64,000 nt of DNA, taken from assembly GCA_947259725.1 (NCBI GenBank), contig CAMYNM010000015.1:4227-68226 (forward strand), written 5' to 3'. Origin of the DNA: Thermoanaerobaculia bacterium (GTDB lineage: Bacteria; Acidobacteriota; Thermoanaerobaculia; Multivoradales; JAHEKO01). Positions 9,580 through 18,581 of this stretch are shown here, one piece after another. Under the pieces are notes generated by a model that saw nothing but the letters and a program-made list of their open reading frames with translations, was not told where the DNA came from and made no database searches. A program made the position numbers and the translations under genes. Numbering within the stretch: the first letter of the stretch is position 1; the number at the start of each line of letters is the position of its first letter.

Positions 9580-10239
9580 TCAGTCCGGCTGCGGGACGAC
9601 CCGGATGTACGGCAGCGGCTGCTCCCAACCGTCCGGATACCGCTTCTTCGCTTCTTCGTCCGACACCGCCGGGAGAATGATGACGTTGTCCCCCTGCTCC
9701 CAGTTGGCGGGCGTAGCCACCTGTCGCGTGGCTGTGAGCTGGCAGGAATCGAGCAGCCGCAGGATCTCAGCGAAGTTGCGGCCGGTGCTCATCGGATAGG
9801 TGAGAGTCGCCTTGATCTTCTTGTCCGGGCCAATGATGAAGACCGACCGGGCCGTCGCGTTGTCGACCGGTGTCCGCCCCTCGCAGGTCTCACCGGCATC
9901 GGCGGGCAGCATGTCGTACAGCTTGACCACCTCGAGCTCGGGATCACCGATCAGCGGGTAGTTTAGGGCGTGGCCCTGTGAAACTTCGATGTCTTTCGAC
10001 CACCGCATGTGATCGTTCACGCCGTCGACGCTGATTCCCAGCACCTTGCAGTTTCGCTTTTCGAATTCAGGCTTGAGACCGGCCACGGTTCCCAACTCGG
10101 TCGTGCAAACCGGGGTGAAGTCCTTCGGATGGGAAAACAGAACCGCCCAGCCGTCACCGATCCAGTCGTGGAACTCGATCGAGCCTTCCGTCGTCTCGGC
10201 GGTGAAATTCGGCGCAGTGTCGTTGATTCGCAGCGTCAT
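9580..10239 (-). CDS. 1-Cys peroxiredoxin (Prx6 type)
   Basis: PKDFTPVCTTELG peroxidatic-Cys motif, with the whole sequence resembling AhpC/TSA plus the 1-cysPrx C-terminal region. ATG at 10239 is preceded by GGGAGGA. Confidence 0.92.
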   Translation of the reverse strand: MTLRINDTAPNFTAETTEGSIEFHDWIGDGWAVLFSHPKDFTPVCTTELGTVAGLKPEFEKRNCKVLGISVDGVNDHMRWSKDIEVSQGHALNYPLIGDPELEVVKLYDMLPADAGETCEGRTPVDNATARSVFIIGPDKKIKATLTYPMSTGRNFAEILRLLDSCQLTATRQVATPANWEQGDNVIILPAVSDEEAKKRYPDGWEQPLPYIRVVPQPD

Positions 10240-10321
10240 GACATCCTCCCGGTCGTGGTTTTTGGTGGCCCGGATTCTACAGCCCCAAGACTGCAAATCA
10301 AGTTACGGAACTGTTGCGTCT

Positions 10322-11056
10322 CTAGTCGCGAGGATTGCCCTCCCACGAGCCGTACAGGGGATTCGGCAGGATGAAGAAGCGATCGCCGAACTCCGCGAAC
10401 GACTCATCCGACGCGAACCGAAGCTCCTGATCGAGATCGGGAAAGTCGTGAATGTTGTCGCCGACCCACATCACGATATCGAGCGGAGGCAGGTCTTCAC
10501 GGGCTGTCCCGTCCTGGACGCTCTTCCAACGTGGCCTCTTGTCTCCCGTGTCACCCCGGCAGAGGATGACGTCAAAAGGCAGCTCGAGAGAGCGCAGATT
10601 GTCCTCGGTCGGAGCGCAGTGATGCTCGCGGCGATTGGTGACCACCGCGATCCGCCCGCCCAGGCTGCGCACGCGCTCGAGGAAGGCCGCGGCGCCCGGT
10701 AGAGCCGGAGCATCCCGCCGCCGCACCCATTCGTCCCACCGCTCCTCGAACGAGCCGCCGCCACCAAGCGCCTGCTCCTTGCTCTGCTGCGAGTTGCTGA
10801 TCAGGGTCTCATCCGCGTCGATCGCCACCGCCCAGCTTCCGGGCTCCCGATCCCCAATCCGCGCTTCGAGCACCTCGCCGGCGAGACGAAAGGTCTGTTC
10901 GTAGACCGCCCGGTACTCGGCCGAGTTGCGCACCCAGTGGATATGCAACGGCAGAGCGTCGGGCTCCGCGTCGGGGCGCGGCGCGGTGGCGGTCGATGAG
11001 CAGCCGCCGATGGAGGCGAGGAGAACTGCAAGGGTCAGTGCGATCCTGGGGTGCAT
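10322..11056 (-). CDS. HAD-superfamily class B/C acid phosphatase, e(P4)-like lipoprotein
   Basis: DDDD motifs AIDADETLISN and WVGDNIHDFP. Lipobox LLASIGGC. Start set at MHPRIALTL (11056) because the ATG at 11110 lies inside a CTAGAAT -10-like box. In-frame starts at 11074 and 11086 are also possible. Confidence 0.75.
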   Translation of the reverse strand: MHPRIALTLAVLLASIGGCSSTATAPRPDAEPDALPLHIHWVRNSAEYRAVYEQTFRLAGEVLEARIGDREPGSWAVAIDADETLISNSQQSKEQALGGGGSFEERWDEWVRRRDAPALPGAAAFLERVRSLGGRIAVVTNRREHHCAPTEDNLRSLELPFDVILCRGDTGDKRPRWKSVQDGTAREDLPPLDIVMWVGDNIHDFPDLDQELRFASDESFAEFGDRFFILPNPLYGSWEGNPRD

Positions 11057-11119
11057 TCGATCTGTCGGTTGCATCGCGGCCTCCATTCGTGAATCCGAAA
11101 GATTCGACATTCTAGGCCA

Positions 11120-11674
11120 TCATTCGATGCGCTCGCGCCTCGCGGCCAGGATCTCGCCGACTCTCGGCAGAGTCGATCCCAGCGCGCCCCGAGCCTCCGG
11201 CGAGTCGAAAGCAAACCAACGGGTCTCCAACTCGGCCGTGAGTCGCTGCTCACGCTCGGGCACTTCGAACAGGAACCTCAGATCCAGGTGAAGATGCGAG
11301 GGTTCCTCGCCCCAGGCCGGAATCCGGTGAGTTTCCAAGGCCATCGGAACCGCCGCGAGTGGGTCCACGAGCACCCCGGTTTCCTCGCCGACTTCTCGAG
11401 CCGCGGCGGCGACGACCGAGGTATCCGTCGGGTCGAAATGGCCGCCCGGCTGGAGCCACCTGTCGAGCTTGGGGTGGAAGATCAAGAGCAGGCGGCGCGT
11501 CGCGCGATCGGCGAGAACCGCGCTGGCGGTGAAGTGTCCGGGCTCGAAGTCGTTTCGCTCGAACTTCGAAGGCGTCGCCGCAAGCTCGAGGAGCACGCCG
11601 GGCTCGAGAGGGACTCCGTGCACCTGACCGCTCGTGATGAAGCCCCCGACCACCGCCTGGCCGTCCCGAATCAC
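11120..11674 (-). CDS. NUDIX hydrolase
   Basis: Nudix box GGHFDPTDTSVVAAAAREVGEETG. The GTG start overlaps the upstream stop as GTGA (11671-11674). Confidence 0.8.
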   Translation of the reverse strand: MIRDGQAVVGGFITSGQVHGVPLEPGVLLELAATPSKFERNDFEPGHFTASAVLADRATRRLLLIFHPKLDRWLQPGGHFDPTDTSVVAAAAREVGEETGVLVDPLAAVPMALETHRIPAWGEEPSHLHLDLRFLFEVPEREQRLTAELETRWFAFDSPEARGALGSTLPRVGEILAARRERIE

Positions 11675-13983
11675 TCGGCGGCGATCCCGGTCAACACTTC
11701 ATCGACCTCCCGCACCACCATATCGGCGTCGTCCCTATCGATCACCATTGGCCCCTTGATCTTGACGACGTTATGCAACGGACCGTCGATGCCGGTCAAG
11801 ATCCGGCGCTGACGCAAGCCTTCGACCAGGCTCGCGGTCTCCTCGGCGGCGGGCTCGAGCGTTTCGCGATCGCGCACCAGCTCGAGGCCGATGAAAAGCC
11901 CCGCTCCGCGAACTTCGCCGATCAAGGGATGCCGGCCGCGGAGATCGCGGAGCGAATCTCTGAGATAGGTCCCGACCTCGAGCGCGTTGTGTTGCAGGCC
12001 TTCCTCCTCGATCACGTCCAGCACCGCCATGCCGATCGCGCACGAAACCGGATTGCCGCCGCAGGTTGTAAAGAACTCCATGCCGGCATCCTCGAAGGAC
12101 CGTGCGATCTCCGGAGAGGTCACCACTGCTCCCAACGGGTGGCCGTTGCCGATCGGCTTGCCCATGACCACGATGTCCGGAACGACGTTCGAGAGCTCGA
12201 AACCCCAGAAGTGGCTTCCGACCCGTCCGAAGCCGACCTGGACCTCGTCGGCGATGCAAACGCCCCCGGCGTTTCTTACATGCTCGAAGGCCGCCTCGAG
12301 GTAGCCCGCCGGCGGTACCACCTGACCGGCGCAGGAAAGCAACGATTCGGTGATGAAGCCCGCGAGCGGGCGATCGCAGGACGAGAGGACCTCTTCGACC
12401 TCGCCGGCGTAAGCAAGGCCGGTCTCACGGCCCTGCCCCTTGAATCGACCGCGATAGCCGTCGGCGATCGGCACCACGTGGACCCAGTCCTCGGCCCGGC
12501 CGCTTCCCCCTTTGCCCATGAACTTGTACGGACTGATCTCGATCATGGTGTTGGTGTGGCCGTGATACGCGCCGTCCACGACCAGCATGTCTCTCGCGCC
12601 GGTGTGCGCACGGGCCAACCGCAGCGCTAGCTCGTTGGCCTCGGATCCCGAGTTGACGAAGAAGCACACCGCCAGAGGCTCGGGAAGCTTCGCGCACAAG
12701 CGATCGGCGTAGGCGACGATCTCGTCGTAGAGGTAGCGCGTGTTGGTGTTGAGGCGCCGCATCTGCCGGGCTCCGGCCTCCACGACCCTCGGATGGCAGT
12801 GCCCGACGTGGAGAACGTTGTTGTAGATGTCGAGGTACGGCCGCTCACGCTCGTCGAAAAGAAACTGCCGCCTGCCGCGCGCGAGCTTGATCGGCTCGCT
12901 GTAGGTCAACGACAGCGCGCCGGAGATGCGTCGTCGCCGGCCGGCCAGCACCCGCTCGCGAGACGCCGTCCGATCGGTGAACACCGAAACCCCGGTTTCC
13001 GCCGCCAGGCGGTCCACCGCGGTCATCGGGTCGATCTCGAGCCAGCGTTCGAGCGCGCTCCAGGCGCGGTCTTCGGTCACGAACCAATCCACTCGGGTCG
13101 AGTCGATCCGGCGCCGTTCGGCCGCGATCGCAAGCGACGCCGCGAGGCGGCCACAGATCAGCGGATACAAGACTTCCAGCTCACGGGCCACGAGCGGCCG
13201 CACCGAGTGATAGGCGGCGACGATCTCGGCTCCCGCGGCCAGCGGATCGGATGCGTCGAGGAGCGCGTAGGTGAGCGCGATGGCGAGCTCGCAGACCGGC
13301 GGATTCACCAGGCAGTCGCCGAAGTCCAAGAGACCCACCACGCGATCGCCTTCGACCAGCAGATTCTCGTCGTTGAGGTCTCCGTGAATGAGCACGCCGG
13401 GCATCTCGGCGAGCGCCGGAAGTCCCGACGAGACGAACTCGAGAAAAGCCCCGTCTAGAGCTCGACGCCGCTCCGGGCGATCGACCAGGCCGATGCTCCG
13501 GCGGTGAAACGACGCCCTGGTCAGGTCCCAGCGATGCGTTCGGCGCCAGTCTCCAGGCTGGGCCGCCGCCAGGGCGCTTGTAATCGAGGCCAGGGTCCGG
13601 CCGAGATTCCGGCGCAGCCGGCTCGACGCCGGCGGGCTCTCGCACCAGGGCTTCCCCGAGACGAAGCGCAGCAGCCGCCCGCGGAGCCCTCCATCTCCGG
13701 AGCCGTGCGCGGCCTCGATCGAGCCCTTGCGGGTCGGCACGAGCCGCGGCAGCTCGAGCCCGAGGTCCGCCACCGCCAGGGTCTCGACCGCCAGGTGCTC
13801 GAGCGCCAGAGACCTGCTCGACTGCTGATCGCCGTTGAGCTTGAGGACGTAGCGCGAGCCGTCCGGATCCGTCACCAGAAAGTTGTCGTTCTCGCCCGCG
13901 AGCCTGGCGAGTGATCCCCTGATGCCGTACTCCCGCTCGAGCAGCTCCGCGAGCCGGCTGTCGTCGGAGTCGATTCTCTTCAT
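11671..13983 (-). CDS. Fusion protein: APH/hydroxylysine-kinase-like phosphotransferase plus a class III PLP 'aminotransferase' of the ETNPPL/AGXT2L phospho-lyase type
   Basis: N-terminal half carries [14 protein letters not shown] and LLDFGD (Brenner/APH catalytic loop). C-terminal half carries [34 protein letters not shown] and [17 protein letters not shown], very close to the animal ethanolamine-phosphate / 5-phosphohydroxylysine phospho-lyase signature. Confidence 0.85.
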   Translation of the reverse strand: MKRIDSDDSRLAELLEREYGIRGSLARLAGENDNFLVTDPDGSRYVLKLNGDQQSSRSLALEHLAVETLAVADLGLELPRLVPTRKGSIEAAHGSGDGGLRGRLLRFVSGKPWCESPPASSRLRRNLGRTLASITSALAAAQPGDWRRTHRWDLTRASFHRRSIGLVDRPERRRALDGAFLEFVSSGLPALAEMPGVLIHGDLNDENLLVEGDRVVGLLDFGDCLVNPPVCELAIALTYALLDASDPLAAGAEIVAAYHSVRPLVARELEVLYPLICGRLAASLAIAAERRRIDSTRVDWFVTEDRAWSALERWLEIDPMTAVDRLAAETGVSVFTDRTASRERVLAGRRRRISGALSLTYSEPIKLARGRRQFLFDERERPYLDIYNNVLHVGHCHPRVVEAGARQMRRLNTNTRYLYDEIVAYADRLCAKLPEPLAVCFFVNSGSEANELALRLARAHTGARDMLVVDGAYHGHTNTMIEISPYKFMGKGGSGRAEDWVHVVPIADGYRGRFKGQGRETGLAYAGEVEEVLSSCDRPLAGFITESLLSCAGQVVPPAGYLEAAFEHVRNAGGVCIADEVQVGFGRVGSHFWGFELSNVVPDIVVMGKPIGNGHPLGAVVTSPEIARSFEDAGMEFFTTCGGNPVSCAIGMAVLDVIEEEGLQHNALEVGTYLRDSLRDLRGRHPLIGEVRGAGLFIGLELVRDRETLEPAAEETASLVEGLRQRRILTGIDGPLHNVVKIKGPMVIDRDDADMVVREVDEVLTGIAAE

Positions 13984-14011
13984 CGGGACGTGTCCAGCCT
14001 CGTGACCCTAC

Positions 14012-14548
14012 TCAAGGCTCCTCCACCGCTCGCGCCATGATCAGGTCGTTCTGCTCGTCGGAACCGAGCAGGAAGGTGTGCGATCCGACCTCTCGAAATC
14101 CCCAACGACGATAGAACTCGATCGCCCGCGGATTGTGCTCCCAGACTCCGAGCCAGACGGTGTCATGTCCCACCCGAAGCGCCTCTTCGAAGCAGGCGCT
14201 CAGGAGAGCGGCCCCGACTCCCAGCCCGAGAACGTCCCGGCGTACGTAGAGTCTCTCGAGCTCGATCGGGCTGGCGCCCGCAACGGCCCGGTGTCTCGTA
14301 TTTGCGCGAAGCTTCGCGTACCCGATCGGGCTCCGGCCGGCCTCCGGCAGAGCCAGCAGGAACGTGGTCTCCGAGTCCTCGAGCTCCGCGCGGAGCTTGG
14401 CCTCGGAAAAGGCCGAGGCCAGGTACGCCTCCAGATCGGCCGGGGTGTTGGCGTCCTCGAAGGTCTCCCGAAACGTCCCTGCCGCGAGCTCAGCGAGCGC
14501 CTCGGCGTCGCCGATCGAGCCTGCGCGAATACGAATTGATCCGTCCAC
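14012..14548 (-). CDS. GNAT N-acetyltransferase
   Basis: LERLYVRRDVLGLGVGAALL and NPRAIEFYRRWGF form the acetyl-CoA binding core. GTG start lies 6 nt after the upstream stop. Confidence 0.8.
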   Translation of the reverse strand: MDGSIRIRAGSIGDAEALAELAAGTFRETFEDANTPADLEAYLASAFSEAKLRAELEDSETTFLLALPEAGRSPIGYAKLRANTRHRAVAGASPIELERLYVRRDVLGLGVGAALLSACFEEALRVGHDTVWLGVWEHNPRAIEFYRRWGFREVGSHTFLLGSDEQNDLIMARAVEEP

Positions 14549-14554
14549 GAGCCC

Positions 14555-15025
14555 CTACCCGTTCATGGACCGATCGACGGTTTGATAGAGGTTGGCGACC
14601 GCGGCGACGTCACCGTCATGGTCGAGCATCGGCACCAGGATCCGCTGGTAGTCCGGTCCCTCGAATCGGTCGAGCCGGGGCCAGTGCCCGGGCAAGTCGG
14701 CGGAAACAAAAAGCTGCGCGGGCACCAGCGCACCGTCCGGTGACCATCGCAGGGCGGGAAAGCCGAGATGGATGCCCCAGCCTTGCTCCTTGAGCTCGCC
14801 GCGCACGGCGAGGTTCGCGATCCACTCCCCCGCGAGACCCGCGAGCTCACCGTGGTTCGACCGGCCCGGCGCCAGTGAGCCGTATACCGCGAGCCGGGTG
14901 CTCGCTTCGTACTTCGAATCGAGTTTCCGCCCGAGCGCAACGAGCTCTGGCGACGGTCCCCCGGAACGCAGCCGATTCAGCCGACGCAGCGTCTCGAGGT
15001 CCCGATCCGAGAAATCGACCTTCAC
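14555..15025 (-). CDS. AIG2/GGACT-like gamma-glutamylcyclotransferase-family protein
   Basis: VYGSLAPGRSNHGEL resembles the YGSL..G..N motif of the family. GTG at 15025 overlaps the decarboxylase stop as GTGA. The track start at 15121 lies inside the upstream gene. Confidence 0.7.
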   Translation of the reverse strand: MKVDFSDRDLETLRRLNRLRSGGPSPELVALGRKLDSKYEASTRLAVYGSLAPGRSNHGELAGLAGEWIANLAVRGELKEQGWGIHLGFPALRWSPDGALVPAQLFVSADLPGHWPRLDRFEGPDYQRILVPMLDHDGDVAAVANLYQTVDRSMNG

Positions 15026-16500
15026 GCCGGCTCCGAGGCCGACCGCGACTCGAGCTCGTGCTCTTTCGGCCCACCAGCATCCACCGCCTCCGCCGCAGAG
15101 ACGCGGATGTCCTCGAGGCACATCTCCATCCGGTCGAGATGGGTCCGGAAGTTGAGCACGCAGATGCGCAGAACGAAGCGCCCGTCGAGCACGGTCTCGG
15201 TCAGGAAGACCCGTTTCCTACCGTTGATCCGAGCCAGAAGATCGCGGTTGATTCGATTAGCCTCCTCGAGCCCGAACCCTGCAGGCGCCAGACGGAAGGC
15301 GACCAACGAGAGCTGCGGGGCGGCGACGATCTCGATTCCCGGGATCTCGCGCAGCCGCTCGTGAGCCCACTCGGCCAGATCGAGCTTTTCGTCGAGCAGC
15401 CGCCGGAAGGCGGCGAGCCCGTGGATCTTGATCGGCAGCCAGACCCGGAGGCCGCGAAAGTCTCGAGAAAGCTCCGGGGAGATCTCGCAGAAATCCACCA
15501 GCTCGTCGGAGTTCTGCATCGGCGGCATGTAGTCGGCCCGCACGGTGTGCGCCCGCTTGAGCGCCGTTCCGTCACGGACCAGAAGGCAGCCGGTTCCGTA
15601 GGGCAGAAACAGGCCCTTGTGAGGATCTAGGGTGATCGAGTCGGCGCGCTCGATCCCGGACATCCGCTCGCGGCCGCGCTCGGTGAGAGCGAAGAAGCCT
15701 CCGTAGGCGCCATCCAGGTGGAGCCAGAGGTTCTCTCGCTGGGCGACGTCGGCCAGCGCGTCGAGGTCGTCGATCGCCCCGGTGTTGGTGGTGCCGGCGC
15801 TACCGACGAGGAGAAACGGCTCGGACCCGGCCTGGCGATCGTCGCGGATCCGCCGCTCGAGTTCGTCGATGCGGATCCGAAAACGGCCATCGACCGGCAC
15901 GGTGCGAACCGCCGACTCGGGAAAGCCGGCGAGAGCCGCGGCCCGCGTGACCGAGTGGTGGACCTGATCCGAGGCATAGATCGCGCCGTTGAGAAAGTTC
16001 TCCGGCAGCCGCTCTCTCCGGGCCGTGAACAGAGCGCTGAAGTTCGAGAGCGATCCTCCGGACGACAAGAAGCCGCTCGCCGCCGCCGGGTACCCGACCA
16101 TCCGGCAAAACCACCGGACGACGTTGACTTCGAGCTGCACGAGGCCCGGCGCCGCGGTCCAGACGGTGACATAGCGGTTGATGCCGTTGGCGATGAAGTC
16201 GGCGATCGCCGATTCGTAGAGGCCGCCACCCGGGATGTAGGCCATGAAGCCGGGGCCGGGGTTGGTGAAACTGGTCGGCGTCAGCCGATCGAAGACAAGA
16301 TCGAGCAGATCTTCGAACGCGGCGCCGCTCTCCGGAGGGTCTTCGACCGCCGAGCGGGCGAGCGTATGGGCACCGTCGATGTCGAGCGAAGGCTGCTCGG
16401 GTAACGACCTGATGTGCTCGACGACCCTCTCCGCCGCCAAACGCGCCATCTCCCGCATCGTCTCGGGGGAGGGCTCCAACGCTCGCATGTTGTCCGGCAC
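15022..16500 (-). CDS. Group II pyridoxal-dependent decarboxylase (aromatic-amino-acid / DABA / glutamate decarboxylase family)
   Basis: PLP-lysine motif SITLDPHKGLFLPYGTG. Length and overall sequence fit Pyridoxal_deC. The start may be GTG at 16500 or ATG at 16488. Confidence 0.88.
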   Translation of the reverse strand: MPDNMRALEPSPETMREMARLAAERVVEHIRSLPEQPSLDIDGAHTLARSAVEDPPESGAAFEDLLDLVFDRLTPTSFTNPGPGFMAYIPGGGLYESAIADFIANGINRYVTVWTAAPGLVQLEVNVVRWFCRMVGYPAAASGFLSSGGSLSNFSALFTARRERLPENFLNGAIYASDQVHHSVTRAAALAGFPESAVRTVPVDGRFRIRIDELERRIRDDRQAGSEPFLLVGSAGTTNTGAIDDLDALADVAQRENLWLHLDGAYGGFFALTERGRERMSGIERADSITLDPHKGLFLPYGTGCLLVRDGTALKRAHTVRADYMPPMQNSDELVDFCEISPELSRDFRGLRVWLPIKIHGLAAFRRLLDEKLDLAEWAHERLREIPGIEIVAAPQLSLVAFRLAPAGFGLEEANRINRDLLARINGRKRVFLTETVLDGRFVLRICVLNFRTHLDRMEMCLEDIRVSAAEAVDAGGPKEHELESRSASEPA

Positions 16501-16580
16501 GGGCCGATCCTATCGGGCCGAACCTCGGCGGACGACAGCCGCGCCGAGGATCGCGAGGTGCGGCCCGCGCCCGTTTGACT

Positions 16581-17747
16581 CTAGCGACGCTCCGCGAAGG
16601 CCGCGTCGAACCGATCGCCCAGACCGCGAAGCCGCTCCACGGGCTCGTTCGAAAAGACCAGGCGCAGGAAACCCGCGCTCCGCTCGGAGCCCCAACCGTC
16701 CATCGGCGTGGCCGCGACCCGCGCCCGCTCGAGAAGCCGCTGGGAGGCTTGGGAGCCGGTCAAACCCAGCGCGGCGACATCGACCAGAAGCGACCAGCCC
16801 CCCTGGGGCTTGACCACCGGGTAGCCGGCCAACTCGTCGAGGACGACGTCCCGCCGGCGCCGCCACTCGGCGGTCGCGCCGGCGAGATCTTCTTCCGGGG
16901 CGCCGAGCGCTACCCTCGCCGCCGCCTGCGCGATGCCCACGTTGCAGACGACATTCGAGATCGAGACCAACCCGATGTCGTCGATGAGCCTCGGTGGGGC
17001 GACGATCCAGCCCACCCGCCAGCCGATCATCCGGTACTCCTTCGACACCGACCCGACCGTGATCGTCCGCTCGGCCATGGCCTCGAAGGAAGCTGGATGA
17101 ACCGGTGTCGGATCGTCGAAGAGGATCCGCTCCATGGCGCTGTCGTAGATCATCCATGCGTCGGCGCGCCGGCACGCCTGACAGACCACAGCCCAGTCCT
17201 CCCGCGAAAGCACCGCGCCCGAAGGCATCGCCGGACTCATCATCAGAAACGCCCGGGTTCGCTCGGAGACCGCATCGTGAAGGCTGGAGCGATCCAGGGT
17301 CCAGACGCCGTCGCGCACTTCGCAGCGAGCAAACCGCGGCACCCCGCCCGCGAGCCGAACGCGGTTGACCAGGCCGATGTAGATCGGATCCGGCAGGACG
17401 ACCTCGTCACCCGGCTCGAGCGTCGCCAGCAGTACGTTCAAGATGCCGTTGAGGCCGCCGGCCGAGATCAGCGTGGTCCGCCGCCACTCATAGGCGACAC
17501 CCGAGGATCGAGACACCCGCTCGGCGGCGGCCGCGCGCAGCGCGTCGAAGCCCGGAAACGGCAGATAGCTGTTGGCGTCATCCTCGGCCGCAGCCTCACG
17601 GGTGGCTTCCACCACCCCTTCCGGGGGGCGCAGGTCGGTGTCGAGATTCTCGAGCCGGAGAAGGCCGGCGTCCTCGGACTGATCGGCGAGCGACCCCATT
17701 CGGTCGACGCCGATGCCCGCCATTCCGGCGAGCCGGCTCACCGGCAT
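16581..17747 (-). CDS. Class I/II PLP aminotransferase
   Basis: SVSKEYRMIGWRVGW (SxSK PLP lysine motif). About 388 aa, typical of AspC/kynurenine-type transaminases. Confidence 0.88.
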   Translation of the reverse strand: MPVSRLAGMAGIGVDRMGSLADQSEDAGLLRLENLDTDLRPPEGVVEATREAAAEDDANSYLPFPGFDALRAAAAERVSRSSGVAYEWRRTTLISAGGLNGILNVLLATLEPGDEVVLPDPIYIGLVNRVRLAGGVPRFARCEVRDGVWTLDRSSLHDAVSERTRAFLMMSPAMPSGAVLSREDWAVVCQACRRADAWMIYDSAMERILFDDPTPVHPASFEAMAERTITVGSVSKEYRMIGWRVGWIVAPPRLIDDIGLVSISNVVCNVGIAQAAARVALGAPEEDLAGATAEWRRRRDVVLDELAGYPVVKPQGGWSLLVDVAALGLTGSQASQRLLERARVAATPMDGWGSERSAGFLRLVFSNEPVERLRGLGDRFDAAFAERR

Positions 17748-17769
17748 CGCGGCCCTTCCGTAGACCGGA

Positions 17770-18150
17770 TCAGAGCCGCTCGCCTCTCGGCGCGGTCAGC
17801 CGAGGATGCTCGACGTTGCCGGTGTTGACGATTCCCGCCGGCTCGAACAGAAGCAGCTCGACCTCGTGCTCCGCGACCGGCCGGTGCTCGACGCCCCGGG
17901 GAACCACCAGTAGCTCGCCGGGTCCCAGTTCGACGCTCCGATCCCGGAAGTCGATCCGTAGAGATCCTCCGAGGACCAGGAACAGCTCGTCCGCGTCGTC
18001 ATGGTGATGCCAGACGAACTCCCCTTGAACTTTCGCGACCTTGACTTCCTGACCATTGAGCTCGGCCACGATCTTGGGCCGCCAGTGCTCGCCGATCGCC
18101 GCGAGCGTCTCCGCAAGACTGACTTTGTTCACGGCCTGCGAGTCTACCAA
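17770..18150 (-). CDS. Cupin-domain protein
   Basis: GEFVWHHHDDADELFLVLGG...LVVPRGVEHRP shows the two-His cupin motifs. The start is uncertain (TTG at 18150 or GTG at 18132). Confidence 0.75.
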   Translation of the reverse strand: MVDSQAVNKVSLAETLAAIGEHWRPKIVAELNGQEVKVAKVQGEFVWHHHDDADELFLVLGGSLRIDFRDRSVELGPGELLVVPRGVEHRPVAEHEVELLLFEPAGIVNTGNVEHPRLTAPRGERL

Positions 18151-18222
18151 TGGCTGCTTACTCGAGCTCGCTGGTGGCCTGTTTCATTGCCGGCGCTCGG
18201 CCGGGCCGCCACCCTGGATGAG

Positions 18223-18450
18223 ATGTTCGCCCCCGAGGTTCTCGGGGCCGCGCGGCAGCGTCGATTCGCGACGCTCTCCACGACGAGCGCCCTCGTCCTG
18301 TCAGCGCTCTTGCAAGTCCCGGCCTTCGCTCAGCCCACCTTCACGCGGAATCATGTCGATCTCGCCTACGGCGGCGGCGACGGACCCGGCAAGTCCTACG
18401 ATCCGCTCTACGAGTGCATTCAGGACTGCAGTCTCTGTACGGGTTCGTAG
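18223..18450 (+). CDS. Candidate small secreted Cys-rich protein (75 aa), not resolved in the ORF track
   Basis: This is the 3' part of track ORF 18001-18450, beyond the cupin gene. MFAPEVLGAARQRRFATLSTTSALVLSALLQVPAFA|QP looks like an RR-containing signal peptide with an AxA cleavage site. The mature 39 aa ends in YECIQDCSLCTGS. Third codon positions are mostly G/C, as in neighbouring genes. No strong SD. An alternative TTG start lies at 18187. Confidence 0.4.
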   Translation: MFAPEVLGAARQRRFATLSTTSALVLSALLQVPAFAQPTFTRNHVDLAYGGGDGPGKSYDPLYECIQDCSLCTGS

Positions 18451-18581
18451 CGAGCGGCGACCTCACGATCGAGATCGACCGCCCGCTGCGATGAGCCGCG
18501 AATCGCAGTCTGCGAACGGCTCGACCCGAGCGCTGCCGGCGGTCACCGTCGGCCAGCGGGACTGGTAAGCTCTGCCGGTTC

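Noticed and set aside
11120-18150. Ectoine-like logic (cupin as EctC, GNAT as EctA, class III aminotransferase as EctB) for the seven-gene operon.
   Set aside because: The cupin lacks the EctC N-terminal signature. The class III enzyme carries the phospho-lyase-type motif and is fused to a kinase. The gene order and extra genes do not fit ectABC.
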